The notes beneath the pieces are model-generated. The model was not told the origin of the DNA. It ran no database searches and was given only the letters and a program-made list of their open reading frames with translations. A program made the translations under genes and the position numbers. 64,000 nt of DNA from Trichoplax adhaerens (lineage: Eukaryota > Animalia > Placozoa). The stretch's first letter is position 1. The number at the start of each line of letters is the position of its first letter. This document shows positions 1 through 12,900 of the stretch, piece after piece. Where the stretch lies: positions 2,903,740 to 2,967,739 of the forward strand of contig NW_002060947.1 in assembly GCF_000150275.1 (NCBI RefSeq). Reading direction: 5' to 3'.

Positions 1-457
1 ACTCGGAATTATCCAACGTAGCACAATACCAAAATTGCTTTGCGATTGATATCATAATATGATTTTGAGAGCGTGAAATGTATTTTTACGTAAAATGTAA
101 TGTATACAGCTGTTACATATTCTTTAGTTCGAAATTTTACTATCTCTCAAATTTATTATTGATAGTATGTTCCTGAAGATGAATTCTTAAAGGTTTGTAA
201 TTATTGCAATTATCACTTTTTGCTTTCTCTAGTTAAATACATACATGTCTATTATTATATTTTGGAACTCTTCCGATCGTATTATTAGTTTATGTCTTAG
301 CTATATTCATTAAATCAATTAAATTCATGCTAAGTTATATAGTATGCTGTACATATGAAATTCTTAACATTTGCAAGCTTGCTATAGCTTGTAAAGTGCA
401 CTATTATTTAATTAATCATATTTTGCCCTTATTTTGTTAACCATTACATACGTACAA

Positions 458-3351
458 CTATGAACTAGTAGGATGATGAGTATCTTTCTTTGACGGGCGT
501 TTGTGGCGATTTATGATACCTTTCTTATTCGGTTCAATTTTGCTGCTGGGAAGACTCTCATCACTAGCTTTCATTTTGTTATCGCTGTGTGTCTGAATTA
601 ACTTTTTGGAAGATGCTATATGAAACTCTGATAGATCATTTGTTATACTTCTGTAGAGTTTCGTATGATATCGCTGAATTTTTGCTAGAGTAAGCTTAAA
701 AGTAGCAGAAGCATAGCTCGGAATCTTTAATTTGATAGCTCTTGTTATACTTTCTTGACTTAAACCAAGCTTTTTGTGCATGGCTCTGATTATTTGTTTC
801 TCAATATCTTTGGGAAGTGTAACTGAATCGTTAAGCATGTCCAGATGTTGCAGATTATTATTGCAGGAATTGCTTAGCCACTTATGTTTCCTAGCATTTG
901 AAAGTGAAATTCTTTCTCTTGGGTCCACACTTAGAAATTTGAACATTAAATCGATCGCATCTGCCAAAAATAATGATAACTCGAAATAAAATTCTTGTCT
1001 GTCAAATTCTATTTTTATGCCTGTTTGATTTCAGTACCGTGTATTTAGCTTTTAAGTACTAATACTACTTGACAAACTAAGTGTAAAAAAATTTAAACAT
1101 AATTGTCAAGTTCATTATTATTATGATCATCTATGTATTGGATAAAAGATTTTGAGTAAGTGTAATTAGGTTTAATCATAGATTGTTATGCCTGACTTTT
1201 AGAAATTAAAAAATTTGAAGTAGCTAAATTCATTCAATCTATTCCTTAGAAGTGATTTATCTTCTCAAATTATATGTCAGGTTCTTTACTCTTAAAATAT
1301 ATAGTGCCTTATTCTTGGCGTAACAGACGCTAATAAATAAATCGAGTACCTTCAGAGAGACTGTCTGGAACGGGGTTGATTTGAAAACTCATGATCTTTT
1401 GATGAAGTTCTTTAATATCGGCTGATTGAGTAGTAAATGGCAGCGATGCTGTAAGCATAGCAAACATATCGACACCTCTGAAGAAAAATTGGCGATTATT
1501 TATAAAGGAGAAATTCAATTCCAAAATTGCGTTAAAACTGTTGAATTATGAGACTTCAAATAACTGTAATGCTAGAGATTACGCTCATGGTACGGTATGT
1601 AACAATAAAGCATGAATGGGCTAATTAAACTTAAATAAAATATTACTTACATACTCCATATGTCCGCTTTAGGACCATACTCATCAATTGCTAATAACTC
1701 TGGAGCTGTATAGGCTGGCGAACCGCATTGAGACTGACACAGTTTACGAATAAAGAATACATTGGCTTTTTCACGCCGAGTTTTCGTAAAAGTGCTAAGT
1801 CCAAAATCTGCAGTACCAAGATTAGTCAAGGATCTAAGGTTTGTAGTATGGATACTAATTCATATCTTACCAATAATTTTAATGCTATCATCTTCATCAA
1901 CTAGTATATTTTCAAGCTTTAAATCTCTAGCACACGTATATCAAGATACAAATTATACCAAAAAGTTATCAAAAATCATTACAGGTCATAATTTGAAATA
2001 ATCTTCAAAAGATAACGTTGAAAGCATTTGATCAAAAAATGTAGAAATAGCATCTCGTCATTAAATTTGTCAAAATTTCAACTAGTAGACTTACCGGTGG
2101 ATTATATCTTGTGCGTGTAAATAATCAGTCGCTTCAATTATTTGCTTAATATACTTTTTGGTTCGATCTTCAGACAGTTTCCCGTTCTCCTCCAGAATGT
2201 CCGCCAAAGATGTATTACAAATTAATTCCATAGTAAGGTAGTAGTTATTGTCTGTTTCAAAAGTTTCTAGCAGTTGAACCACGCGAGGATGACTGATATA
2301 TCGAAGAATTTTAGCTTCACGATATAAGTGTCTGTTAGCATAAAAGTCATTCCGCAATTTTTGTTTATCCAGAACCTTAATAGCTACCTGCAAATTAGGA
2401 TACAGATGAAATTTGGGTATTTTGAAGTAGTTTGAAATAAAGCAAAGAAAAGACTGCCATATATGTGTATGTGGCACTGAAATTGATGTAACAAAGTGTT
2501 TATTCCCTAAGAATTATATAGCCATTCGCATAGTTAGTAATAAGCCCTTTTGATTTTGAACCTCGTCCAGTTAATGAACATAAGATACTGAATTAGGATT
2601 TAGTAAAAATACTAAGTTTTTCGGAACAATTATTTCGTAGCAGATTAAGCTTGTACTTTATCGTTTTAATTATAAAATCAACTAATAAACAGTATATATT
2701 CATAAACAAAAATTTTAACTGAAATTTTAACTGTCAAAATGATAATAGTCAATAAATCTATCAAAAACTATTTTAAAATGCCTGTATTTATTAGCCTTCG
2801 CTTCAAAGCTGATTTAAGCTATAGTAGAATTTTAAACTTTACTATGCTAATTTTTCTCATTCATATTAAAGTATCCTATTTCATTAAAATATTGCAATAA
2901 AAGATTATGATACCGTATGGCTAATCTGAGATCATGATAATTGATTACGCACAAAATCACTGTATTTAACTACTAAATACTGTAATATCTAAGATGGACA
3001 AGATCATGTCAGTCCCCATTTATGGTGCGCTACTCTCTTTTTAAATAGTTCTACATCGAAATCAAGACTAACATTACAGATTTAAATATTTAAAAATCAA
3101 TTAATATTTTCGTTTAATAATCATTTGTATACGTATACCCTACTGACCTTCTCTCCGGTAACAATGTGTAAGCCTTCGTGAATGGCAGCAAATAAACCTT
3201 GGCCAATTCTTTTACCAATTAGATAGCAGCTAATTCTTTTCTCGAATTCATAATGTTCGAGTTTCGACATCGGGAAAAAACAAATTTCTTTAGACCAAGC
3301 ATCGTTTTGAACGCTGAAACTATTACATCGACTATTTGACGCAGTTGCCAT
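458..3351 (-). CDS. HUNK: HUNK-like (AMPK-related/CAMK group) Ser/Thr kinase, 6 exons, ~446 aa
   Basis: Exons 3351-3148, 2387-2095, 1926-1871, 1807-1651, 1477-1350 and 960-458 splice in frame with GT-AG boundaries. Motifs: [86 protein letters not shown]. These closely match the HUNK pattern ([43 protein letters not shown].LPFT). A UBA-like helical segment follows the kinase domain. Confidence 0.88.
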
Positions 3352-5076
3352 TGCTACTAAAGAAGTATCATACTACGGAAGGCGTAGGTCACAGATTTGA
3401 TTATATATAGCAAATCATTTGTAGAATATCATTATCATCGCTATCTTGTTGTGTAGTACGATAGAAGATTTTACGTTTATAGATGAATAAGGATATTTAA
3501 CATCTGTAAAGGCGTAATACGTGTTTGTTTTATAACAAATGCTTTACAACTCAGCAGTTTAAAATCATCTATTAATAAAGGCCTTGCTAACAATCAGTTC
3601 GCATATATGTTATCACAATGCTCTTGTATCATCTAAACTAGCGTATTATATCGCGGGTATAAATCACCACATGTTACCATATTGGCAACATGAAGTATTA
3701 CAATACTAACAAAGCGTAAGGTCGAAGCAACGCTTAATTAGAATAAATTTTGAAGCTTTCGAATCTTACTAAAGTTCTGCAATCTATTTATTATTTTATC
3801 TATATTAAACTCCTTAATATTTTAAGTAATTGCTAATCGATTGTTTAATCTTCACAATCCTAGTACTTATCATAGTATTATTTATGTACTTAATGTTATG
3901 ACTGAAATTTAAATTTAATTAAGTTGTGGTAATGTACGGTAAAGATTAAATAACATTTCAGTAACGTTACAGTAAGGCAACTTAGTATACAGTACCTTCG
4001 ATAAAAGTAATTTTCTTGTGCATAAAAATTAATTACAATTATTAATTACTCATATATCATATAATGCATTGTCTCTCTAATTGAATTATTCAATCAAAGT
4101 AACCGATTTAAGATCGAATTCTATAAAATTTTCATTTATTACTCAATGAAGGTATTATTTTGCGTCATAGGTAGGACTGTCTGATCGAAACTATAACTAG
4201 AATTAACGTATTATTCTATCAGTTATATTAATGCTCACACAATGCGTGTTGGTAACAAATGTTTGGATCATTGATTTACTACCTAAATAGTAAAAATACC
4301 CGGAGATAAGCTTTCACTCTTTATAGAAATTATCATATCTAGTAAAATTTTTAAATCTAAAATCGGATAGGGTACTATAGATGCTTTGCCTTGCAATGCT
4401 ATATACTTGGATTTGCTACTTTTCGTTAATTTATATAATGCTTTATAGAAATCGCCAAAATTACAATTTACTTTAATTCAGTGAAATGGAATAAAATTTT
4501 ATGATATCTATTCCATAAATATTCAATAATCGATATTAATGGATAACATCTCACTCATATTCTAGATGTTGATACAAGTAAAGCGTTATTGATCTATTTT
4601 GCATACAGGCTTTAATATTACAATGGACTTCCAATTTCTGAATATAATATTCATCAGAAATTCTTTCATTGTTATTAGCAATTCAAGTATCCATATGGTG
4701 GCATAATGCTATTATAATTATCATGAACATGTTATCAACACATTGTTAGTGGATTGTTCAAAGGGTAAGAAATTCGTTCAATCTTGAACGTCGAGACTAC
4801 GTTTTTACGCTTTGATCACTAATACAGTAGTAACAGTATAACTTACGGCTTTCATACCATAGGTGCATGATCATAGTTATCATAAAGTATTTAGGGCACC
4901 CGTACTCTATCGAATTTATGTATACTCAAATCGTACTTATGGAAATGTTGACGTCTACCCCAGCCAGTAATGATAGCAAACCTATAATGCTGTGTATTGT
5001 ACTGAAAATAGCGGCATGATACTTTAGCTATTGCGTATTACTCTATATAATCAGACCGATATCTCAACATCGTTAG

Positions 5077-5291
5077 TGTGACTACCGTTATTTAATTGCA
5101 CTATTTACCATTTACGAAACAGATTTATTGCTAGTACGAACGTGTCTTAGTTACTGCTTATTATTTTCAATAAGATGGTGCCTAAAAATCATAAGTGTGA
5201 CTGCTGTTCTTTAAACGTCCTATTTACCATTTATAAACCATATTTATTCCTAATATGAGTATAACGCAACAAAACTGAAGTGTCTAGTTAC
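5077..5291. repeat. Degenerate ~118-bp direct repeat (2 copies) in the kinase-GPCR intergenic region
   Basis: gtgtgact...ctatttaccattta...atttatt...gtgtc(t)tagttac occurs at ~5077-5154 and again at ~5195-5291. Confidence 0.55.
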
Positions 5292-6993
5292 ACGAACAAC
5301 ATTTAGCATACGCCCTTGATAGATTGTTGTTTCGCAGTTTGATATTCTTTACCGTTTATAGAGTTTATGTAAACGAGGCTTAATCTAGAAATACTGAGTT
5401 CTTATCAGTGTTATACGATATTATCTTTATAATTAGTAATTACTTTATCCGATACTGCACACATGTAACTTTTGTTACTGTAGTGCTACATCAAAGCTGC
5501 CAGTATCATTCCTAAATCGATTTTGGCAAATTTTTCTCGTCATTATGTTAATACGAGTGATAGCGATTTCATTACTGTTATTTTATTTTCAGCTTTGTAA
5601 TACCTATCTTAACAGCTATAAAGCTTAACTAGAGGATAAATGAAGTACATTTATACACTATAAGTATGACATAAGCTATTACCAAGATTAAATTGATCCA
5701 TAGATGGCAGATAGACATCATGAATAAATTCTAGAAAAGCAAATCAGCTGGATTAAATAATTCCATACAAGATTTTACGGACCGAGTAATTGCATAAAAA
5801 TCGTGTACCAATTTCTGAGATAGTACATAATAATTCCAAGGAGGGAGACCTTCCAATATATCTATCAATGCAATCCGGGTCGTGAATGAAATAGTTAAGA
5901 TAGTTCATCGTGTAAAATTGTTTTTGGAGGCTTGAGTACAGTGCAAAAAGCAAGTTGCTTAAAGCGACTCTTACAAATCTTTGAAAATATACAATGATAA
6001 ACTCATTATAACTGAAAATTTTATCAACAACGAAATACTCGTAGTTTACTCTTTTATCGAGTTTGATATTGCATATCTGTTGCTGTTAGGAACTTCAGTT
6101 GCTATATATTTATTTACTTATACGTAATTTGATAGCTATAACGCATTACAAATAGCCTGTAATCTTTACTGTCCATGTGTTTATGATAAAGGAATCATAT
6201 GCCTAACTTGAATAGCCTGAACGGTGTTAAATTCGACTTTCATGAGCTGACACATTTTTCTGAGAAATAGGCTTTATCCAAAGGCAACCTGTGACTAAGC
6301 AAGTCTTGATTCTTGAAATGAGTACTGCATACAAATACCCTAATCTAATTATTATTTTTCAATTAGTATTATGGTCGCATGTTAACGCTAATCTGGTTAC
6401 TGAGTCACTAATCGCGTTATAAACTTGAAATTTTCCATTAAGCTAAAATCATTTCGGGGTTAGCCTCATAGAAGGGGAATTTTTTTCTATACAATTACGA
6501 AATTTAGGTTCAAAAACCTTTTCAAAAGGATCAGGTATACATATATAAACTATGAAAATCTGATTATTGACACTGGTATAGCTATTATATCATTAGAATA
6601 CAGGTAGTACTGGATTTAAAGCTTAAGAATAAATTCTAATTTGAGGAATTTTAATAGCTGATACAGGCACTTGGCATACGGTATTCAAGATAAGTATCTA
6701 GCAAATCTAGGTTAAGAAAGATTAGTACATAAGTACTTTCAAGTAAACTGAAATTACTGTAATCACATAAATTATAAATATTTAACGGATTAAATGATAG
6801 ATTATAAGAATAACTGATATTTTGCTGTCAATTTTAATTTTATAGCAGTCAAATCGCTTACACTATCTCGTTAATACTGAAGGTAAAGATTCGGTCTAAT
6901 CCCAAGACCTAGAACTTGGCCAGAGTAGTTGCTTTAATATTCTTAAATTGGATTTTATAAAGGAATCGTCCATTACGGTACTGTACATCAGAT

Positions 6994-9900
6994 ATGAAAT
7001 CCCAGTGGATTCTCTGCATTAACTTCATAGCTGTCGTTTGGCTTGTAATAGCCTGTAGTTGTGGAATTGCAGGTAGAAATTTAAATATGAAATATTGATG
7101 TAAGGCTTTTCTTTATTTTCGTGTCATATGCTGAATTATTATTATAATTTCTAATAGCAATCAGTAATGGTTGTCCAAGCATCTGCAATTGCAGCAATTC
7201 ATCTATAAGTTGCTCGAGTAGCAACTTAATAGCATTGCCCGACATTAACTATACTGGCATAGGATATGTGAAGTCACTGTTAGTATAATCATTAATAGAA
7301 ATATTTTATTCATAGTTTATGTTCAAATTACTTCATTTATTACGGTATATTTAAGACTAATCAAAACAGGCTAGGCTATAAATCCTTTAACGTAATCAAT
7401 ACGTATACTAATATAATTTTAATTATTGATCTGTCTTCACGTGCTGCTTACGCGAAGAATGAATGATCTTATACAGTCCACTATTACTGAAATTGATTAT
7501 TTAGTCAATCTATATTTTTTTAATAATTAAAATAATGTATTGAAAAGAATCCAAATAGAAATAAAATATAGCTTCCTAACTAAAATTAGCAAGTGGTACT
7601 CTACGCGTTCTTTTACTAACCACACGTCTAATAGCTGTAGCTCTCTTACCGATATTATTCCTCATTATATCTTTCGAATTATGCCAAAATTTTACTACTT
7701 GTTTGATCTACGTGATGATATTTAAGTTTTTATCGCTTAGGATAATCAATAATACCAGTATCAGAAAGATAAAAGCGAGAAGCTTCATTAACTACCCAGA
7801 GTTGATCGTGTTGTAAGTAATTCGAATGTGTATAATGCTATCTTCCTGATTTAGGATATAACTTTTTTCATCTCTGTCAAGTTGTGCCTATTTTATCTAA
7901 CGACATGACATGTATCTCAAACGATATGATACTGTATTATTTGGAACTTTCGAAAGCATACATCCTAGTTTAGTTGTAAGGGTAAGATTGAGACTCTAGA
8001 TTATGGTACATTTCAAAATATTAATTAATACGATTATAAGAATTGCCTGTATGTTCGATCTCATTGTTAGATTACAGAGCAAATTCATCTATATCAAAAA
8101 TCTAAAAACGTTAATATGCTGCAATATTGTTATGATATTAACATTGAGTACAATGTATCATGGAGAATAATTCAGTAGCAGCTTTTTTATCATAGTAGAA
8201 ATGGACAGATACAAAGGATTGACTCTTTTCATAGTATTTGTATAAAGTACATTTACAAGAATCTAACGGAGCATCTTGCCGTGTCCAATTGTTCATATCA
8301 ATTTTAAAAGGATGATAAGCAAATGAAAATTTATAAGGCCATTCTTATCTATGATTATTTGCCGTAGGAACATTACTAGTAGTCTTATCGAGGTTATCGA
8401 GACTGATGCGTTCTGCAGATTACCACATCTAACCAATCTGTAAGATTTAAAATTCATTCTATTTTCTAGATTGCTATATCGGTAAGGTTTATTTATGCTA
8501 GCATCTTTTATAAGGTCTTTAGAAGCCAATCGGCTACAAGCTCTTACATTTGGATCATTTAATTGCCTAAGTAATTTAAAATTATTGTAAGTAGCACTAT
8601 CCTAGGCTTCCAAACCCATTCTTAGTTTACACTTGATTGTTTGACGGTTGCACTATTTAGTTATTCGCGTTTTGATACCTTAGTCTCTTAGAATGTTAGA
8701 TTTATACTCAATGTAACTTTAAGATGTTTTATAATGATAAATTTAAGTCAGAATATAAGTGTAATATTAGCTGATTTTAAAAGATAAAAGTTTACCCATG
8801 TTACAAATCTTTGCAAGGCTGGGATATGGTTGCTTAAATCATTATTAAGCACATGAAATCAGCACTAAGCTCTGATGTCGTAATAAAATCTTAGCAGAAT
8901 TAATCGAACTAATACGAATGTATAGCTCTGTAAAAGGCGCTCCAAAATCTTAGTTTTTGTTTTCTAATTACTTTCTGCATTAAATTTAAAATTGTTAAAT
9001 GTACAGTAGCTTCAACTAAAAATTTATCAATAAGGTTACTATACGCTCAGTACGATACTACTACATTAAACTTCATTTATAACCTGGCCATTAAAATCCG
9101 TATATTCAATTTTTACAGGATGTTAAGATCGAATGCTCTGCTACATATTGAATCGAAAGCGTTTTGTATGTTGCAAAATTTGCAGTACCTGTAAGTATAG
9201 CATTTAGGTGTTAAGTATAAGTGGTTAAATTACAGATATAATTAGGCGGTGCTATTCTTACCTCTATACGTATTGTATGAAAATGTAATTTCACTAGAAT
9301 TCTGGATAACAATCGTCTAAAAGCCATGTCTCAAGGTGACTTTGGCTGCCTATTGAATTTGAAATATTTGTAAGTTTGAAGTTTACAGTACGCATTTATA
9401 AGTACGCGTGTGCATAGTTCGATTCTGGCTATATTCCAACGCTTAAGCTTAGATTTAAATTTAAATTGTTTTTCGTTACTTCTATGCATCATTGAAGAGG
9501 GATCAATAAGGATTTTATTTCTACTTATTATGGATATATTTTTCATAAGACATTAATGAGATGAAAATGTCTCGAGCACAATTGCTTACCATAGTGTCTA
9601 CTTGCAACATAGCATATCAAAGTTCTATTTGTATTAGGAGAATCAATATTTCACCATAGAAAAGATAAATCATATATCCAGTGAAATTTAATTTGTTATA
9701 AATTGCGTAGAGCTAAAAATGTACGCTGTAAAGTTTTATTTTATGATTTAAATGAATCTTTATTCGAAAGAACAATCAAACATTAGTGAGATATTAATCA
9801 ATAACGACAATATTTATTATGTATTATTCCTTAGCTAAAAAATTGTAGCTTGTAATAGATTAGAAATTTGATCAAGGTTTACTCTTCTGTAAATCTCAGG

Positions 9901-12900
9901 CGACTTAAACACAATGCTATCACTACAATTGAAGCCAACTCTTTATGTGGCTTGGAATCTCTCATTCGCCTGTTCGTATCGATAAATATAATTAGATTAA
10001 TAATTAAAGCTAACATATACGGTTAATAATACGTAAATATTGAAATTGCTTTACGAGATTTGACTAAATCTGCATGTTAAATTTAGTCAATAAAATTATT
10101 CAAAATTATTAAGCGTCCTCAATCAATATTTATGACCAACAAGCTCATAAGAACTTATTTATTTCTACTATAATGAATATTATATTACACAGTAATTTGA
10201 AGGGTAATCGTCTGAAGGTTGTTAAAAATAATAGTTTGGCCTGCCTATCAAATTTGGAAGATTTGTGAGTATCATACAAAAAGACAAAGACAGTTGGAGT
10301 ATGCGCTATACACATGCTTAAATAGCTAAGATAATTTCTGTATTATAACGATTATCAAAATGATTAGTTACGGAATAAGATCATATCTTATTCTACAATC
10401 TCAGGCTCACGCAAGTAAACTGATCAAAATATTTACTCATATATATATATATTAATTATAATATATTTTAGATATCTTGAGTATAATGCCATTGAAGAAA
10501 TTGAACCGAGTTCTTTTATTAATCTGAACAAAATTCGAATGCTGTAAGATTTTTAAATCAAAAATAATTAGCATTTTTGGAGCTGGTGGACAGTACTCTA
10601 TTATCAAAGCTTTAAATATTAACTTAGTATTCAATTATATAGCATTGTCAGTATAATTCATTCTGCCACTTATACAGCCGGCATAGCTTTTAAAATTTCA
10701 GATTTACTGAATTACCTATCTTCGCATTTATATTTATAAGGTTTTGATAAATTATACCTCTATACTGTTCTTTAATTGTTCCTTTAATCAGAGATCTGGC
10801 TGGAAATCGGTTGAAAATTATCCGTCGTACTACCTTCGCTGGTTTGCAGTCAATGCAATACCTGTAAGTTATAGAACTAGATGATCAGCTAGAAGCCGCT
10901 AGCTAATCTAAAGGCATATTTTAAGTATAAAGATATACTGCAAGTATTCGTATAAAATAGTAGAACTTTATCCAATTATTTCGTTACTAACTTAGATATC
11001 GCCTATATTTAAAATCGCTATCTATTTATCCCAAAATTCAATGTATCATTATACCAACGCCAGCAACGCACTTATTTACTATATTAAATTAATAGAAAGC
11101 AATTTTAGTTGCTTACAGTGTATCAAAGCGAACCTATTACTCATATTTTATGCACTACGTAAACTTGTTATGTATGTTACTACTTGCAGAAGTTAAGAAT
11201 CATTACGTTAATCCATTATATAAAATATTCATTCTTACATCAGACTATATCCAATATTTAATACCCCTATGTAAGCTTTTTCATGAAATAGCTGTAGATA
11301 CGTGGAACCCAATCACTATTTACGGAAATGAGCTATCAAATTTTCATTGATTTAGAAAACTCGAGCAAAATTCAATTATTTACATAGAACCGAATTCATT
11401 TTGTGGATCAGCTCGTATGGTAGAACTGTATGGTTTATTTTACATGAGAATTATCTTGTCTTCGTATGCAGCACAGCATTAAATGACACCAGTTTCTTAT
11501 TATAATATAATTTACAGTCTGCTTCATGCGAATAAAATCCATAAGATTGAACGTCATACTTTTGCCTGTGTCTCAAGAATAGAATTCCTGTAAGAAGTTA
11601 TGCATTAAAATAATGATAAAAAAATTTATACCAAGATAAAAGAAATTTTTTATGTTTGCTTCGTTAGTAATAGCTATAGATATTGTTTATGCCCTTAACT
11701 CTCTTAATAATGCAGTTTAATTAATTTTTATTTTCGATGTCTTACCGTTTTCTAACTTTAAAAATGCTGAATGTGTTATCAAGTGTTCCAATCATTTCTA
11801 GTTGAACTGTTTAGTCTTCATACTTAAATTCAATGGATCAAGTTATCTAGTTTATTAACCGATACTATAGTTCAAGCTCAAATTAGTAATTGTGAATTCT
11901 AGGTTGGGTATCAGTTTAAGAATATATGTAAAATATTTCTATATATACATTTTACATTTCATATTTATGTTTCCACTTTATTAGGAATATGGATAATAAT
12001 AATATCCAATCGATCGAAAGCGAGGCATTCTGTTCAATGCCGAATTTGTTGTTCATGTAAGCTAATCCGAATTTAAATAGTAAAGTGAACATTTCAAATA
12101 GTAACAGAAGTTTAAACTTTTCTTAACCATTCCTTAGTTCCTAATTATACTGCACAATTTATAGCTACAAAGTTAATCTGCATTTATATTTTCTACATCT
12201 CTAAGCTTTCTTAATAAAACGGTATTCCGTATTAAGCCAGTTGCATTTTAACAACAAAGTTTATCATTAGAACATTGGAATTACAATAATTTCATATTTT
12301 TCTATAGGTCTATAAGTGGCAATAAACTATTTAAAGTTTCTAATGGAAGCCTTACATGCCTTTCTCATCTAATTGGAATGTAAGAGAATTTAAAGTCATG
12401 TCTAATGCTATATTACAGTAATTACAAAGTTTACGTTCTCATAGCATGGCCTATCTATACCATGTTATATTAATTTTTCAATCATTCAACACATTGGTAC
12501 TGAATACTAGTAGTATTTTTGATAAATTGACTTAGCTAGCGCGTGAAATTGTGCATGTACAATTGTACAATGTACAGGGCTACTGCAGAGTCATATAAAC
12601 GCGTGTAAATAAGATTTTGAAGATTTCTACCTTTACAAAATATAAATGAATTATTGAAATTTACTTAATCAATAAATATGGTCATAATGTGATCTCTGGC
12701 TGTACAACCAGCATTTGAATTCTTTATAACCAAACATTGCATAATTTCGAGTCATTCGCAAATACCGTTGGTATTTATGCCAGATCTTATGAAGCTAATG
12801 AAATTACTGAGATTGACGACAATGCCTTCAAGCCGACAATCAAACTACAATCACTGTGCGTGTAGTAAAATAAAATTAAACTTTATAATCTTATCGTAAA

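Noticed and set aside
774-2001. Plus-strand ORFs antisense to kinase exons (and similar ones antisense to GPCR, ARID1 and CFAP47 exons)
   Set aside because: Shadow ORFs of real coding exons on the opposite strand.
3344-3689. X-box-like sequences at the kinase 5' end (GTTGCCATTGCTAC 3344-3357; GTTACCATATTGGCAAC 3673-3689)
   Set aside because: The first overlaps the Met-Ala-Thr codons, which create the half-site trivially. The second has a 5-nt spacer, outside the usual 0-3 range.
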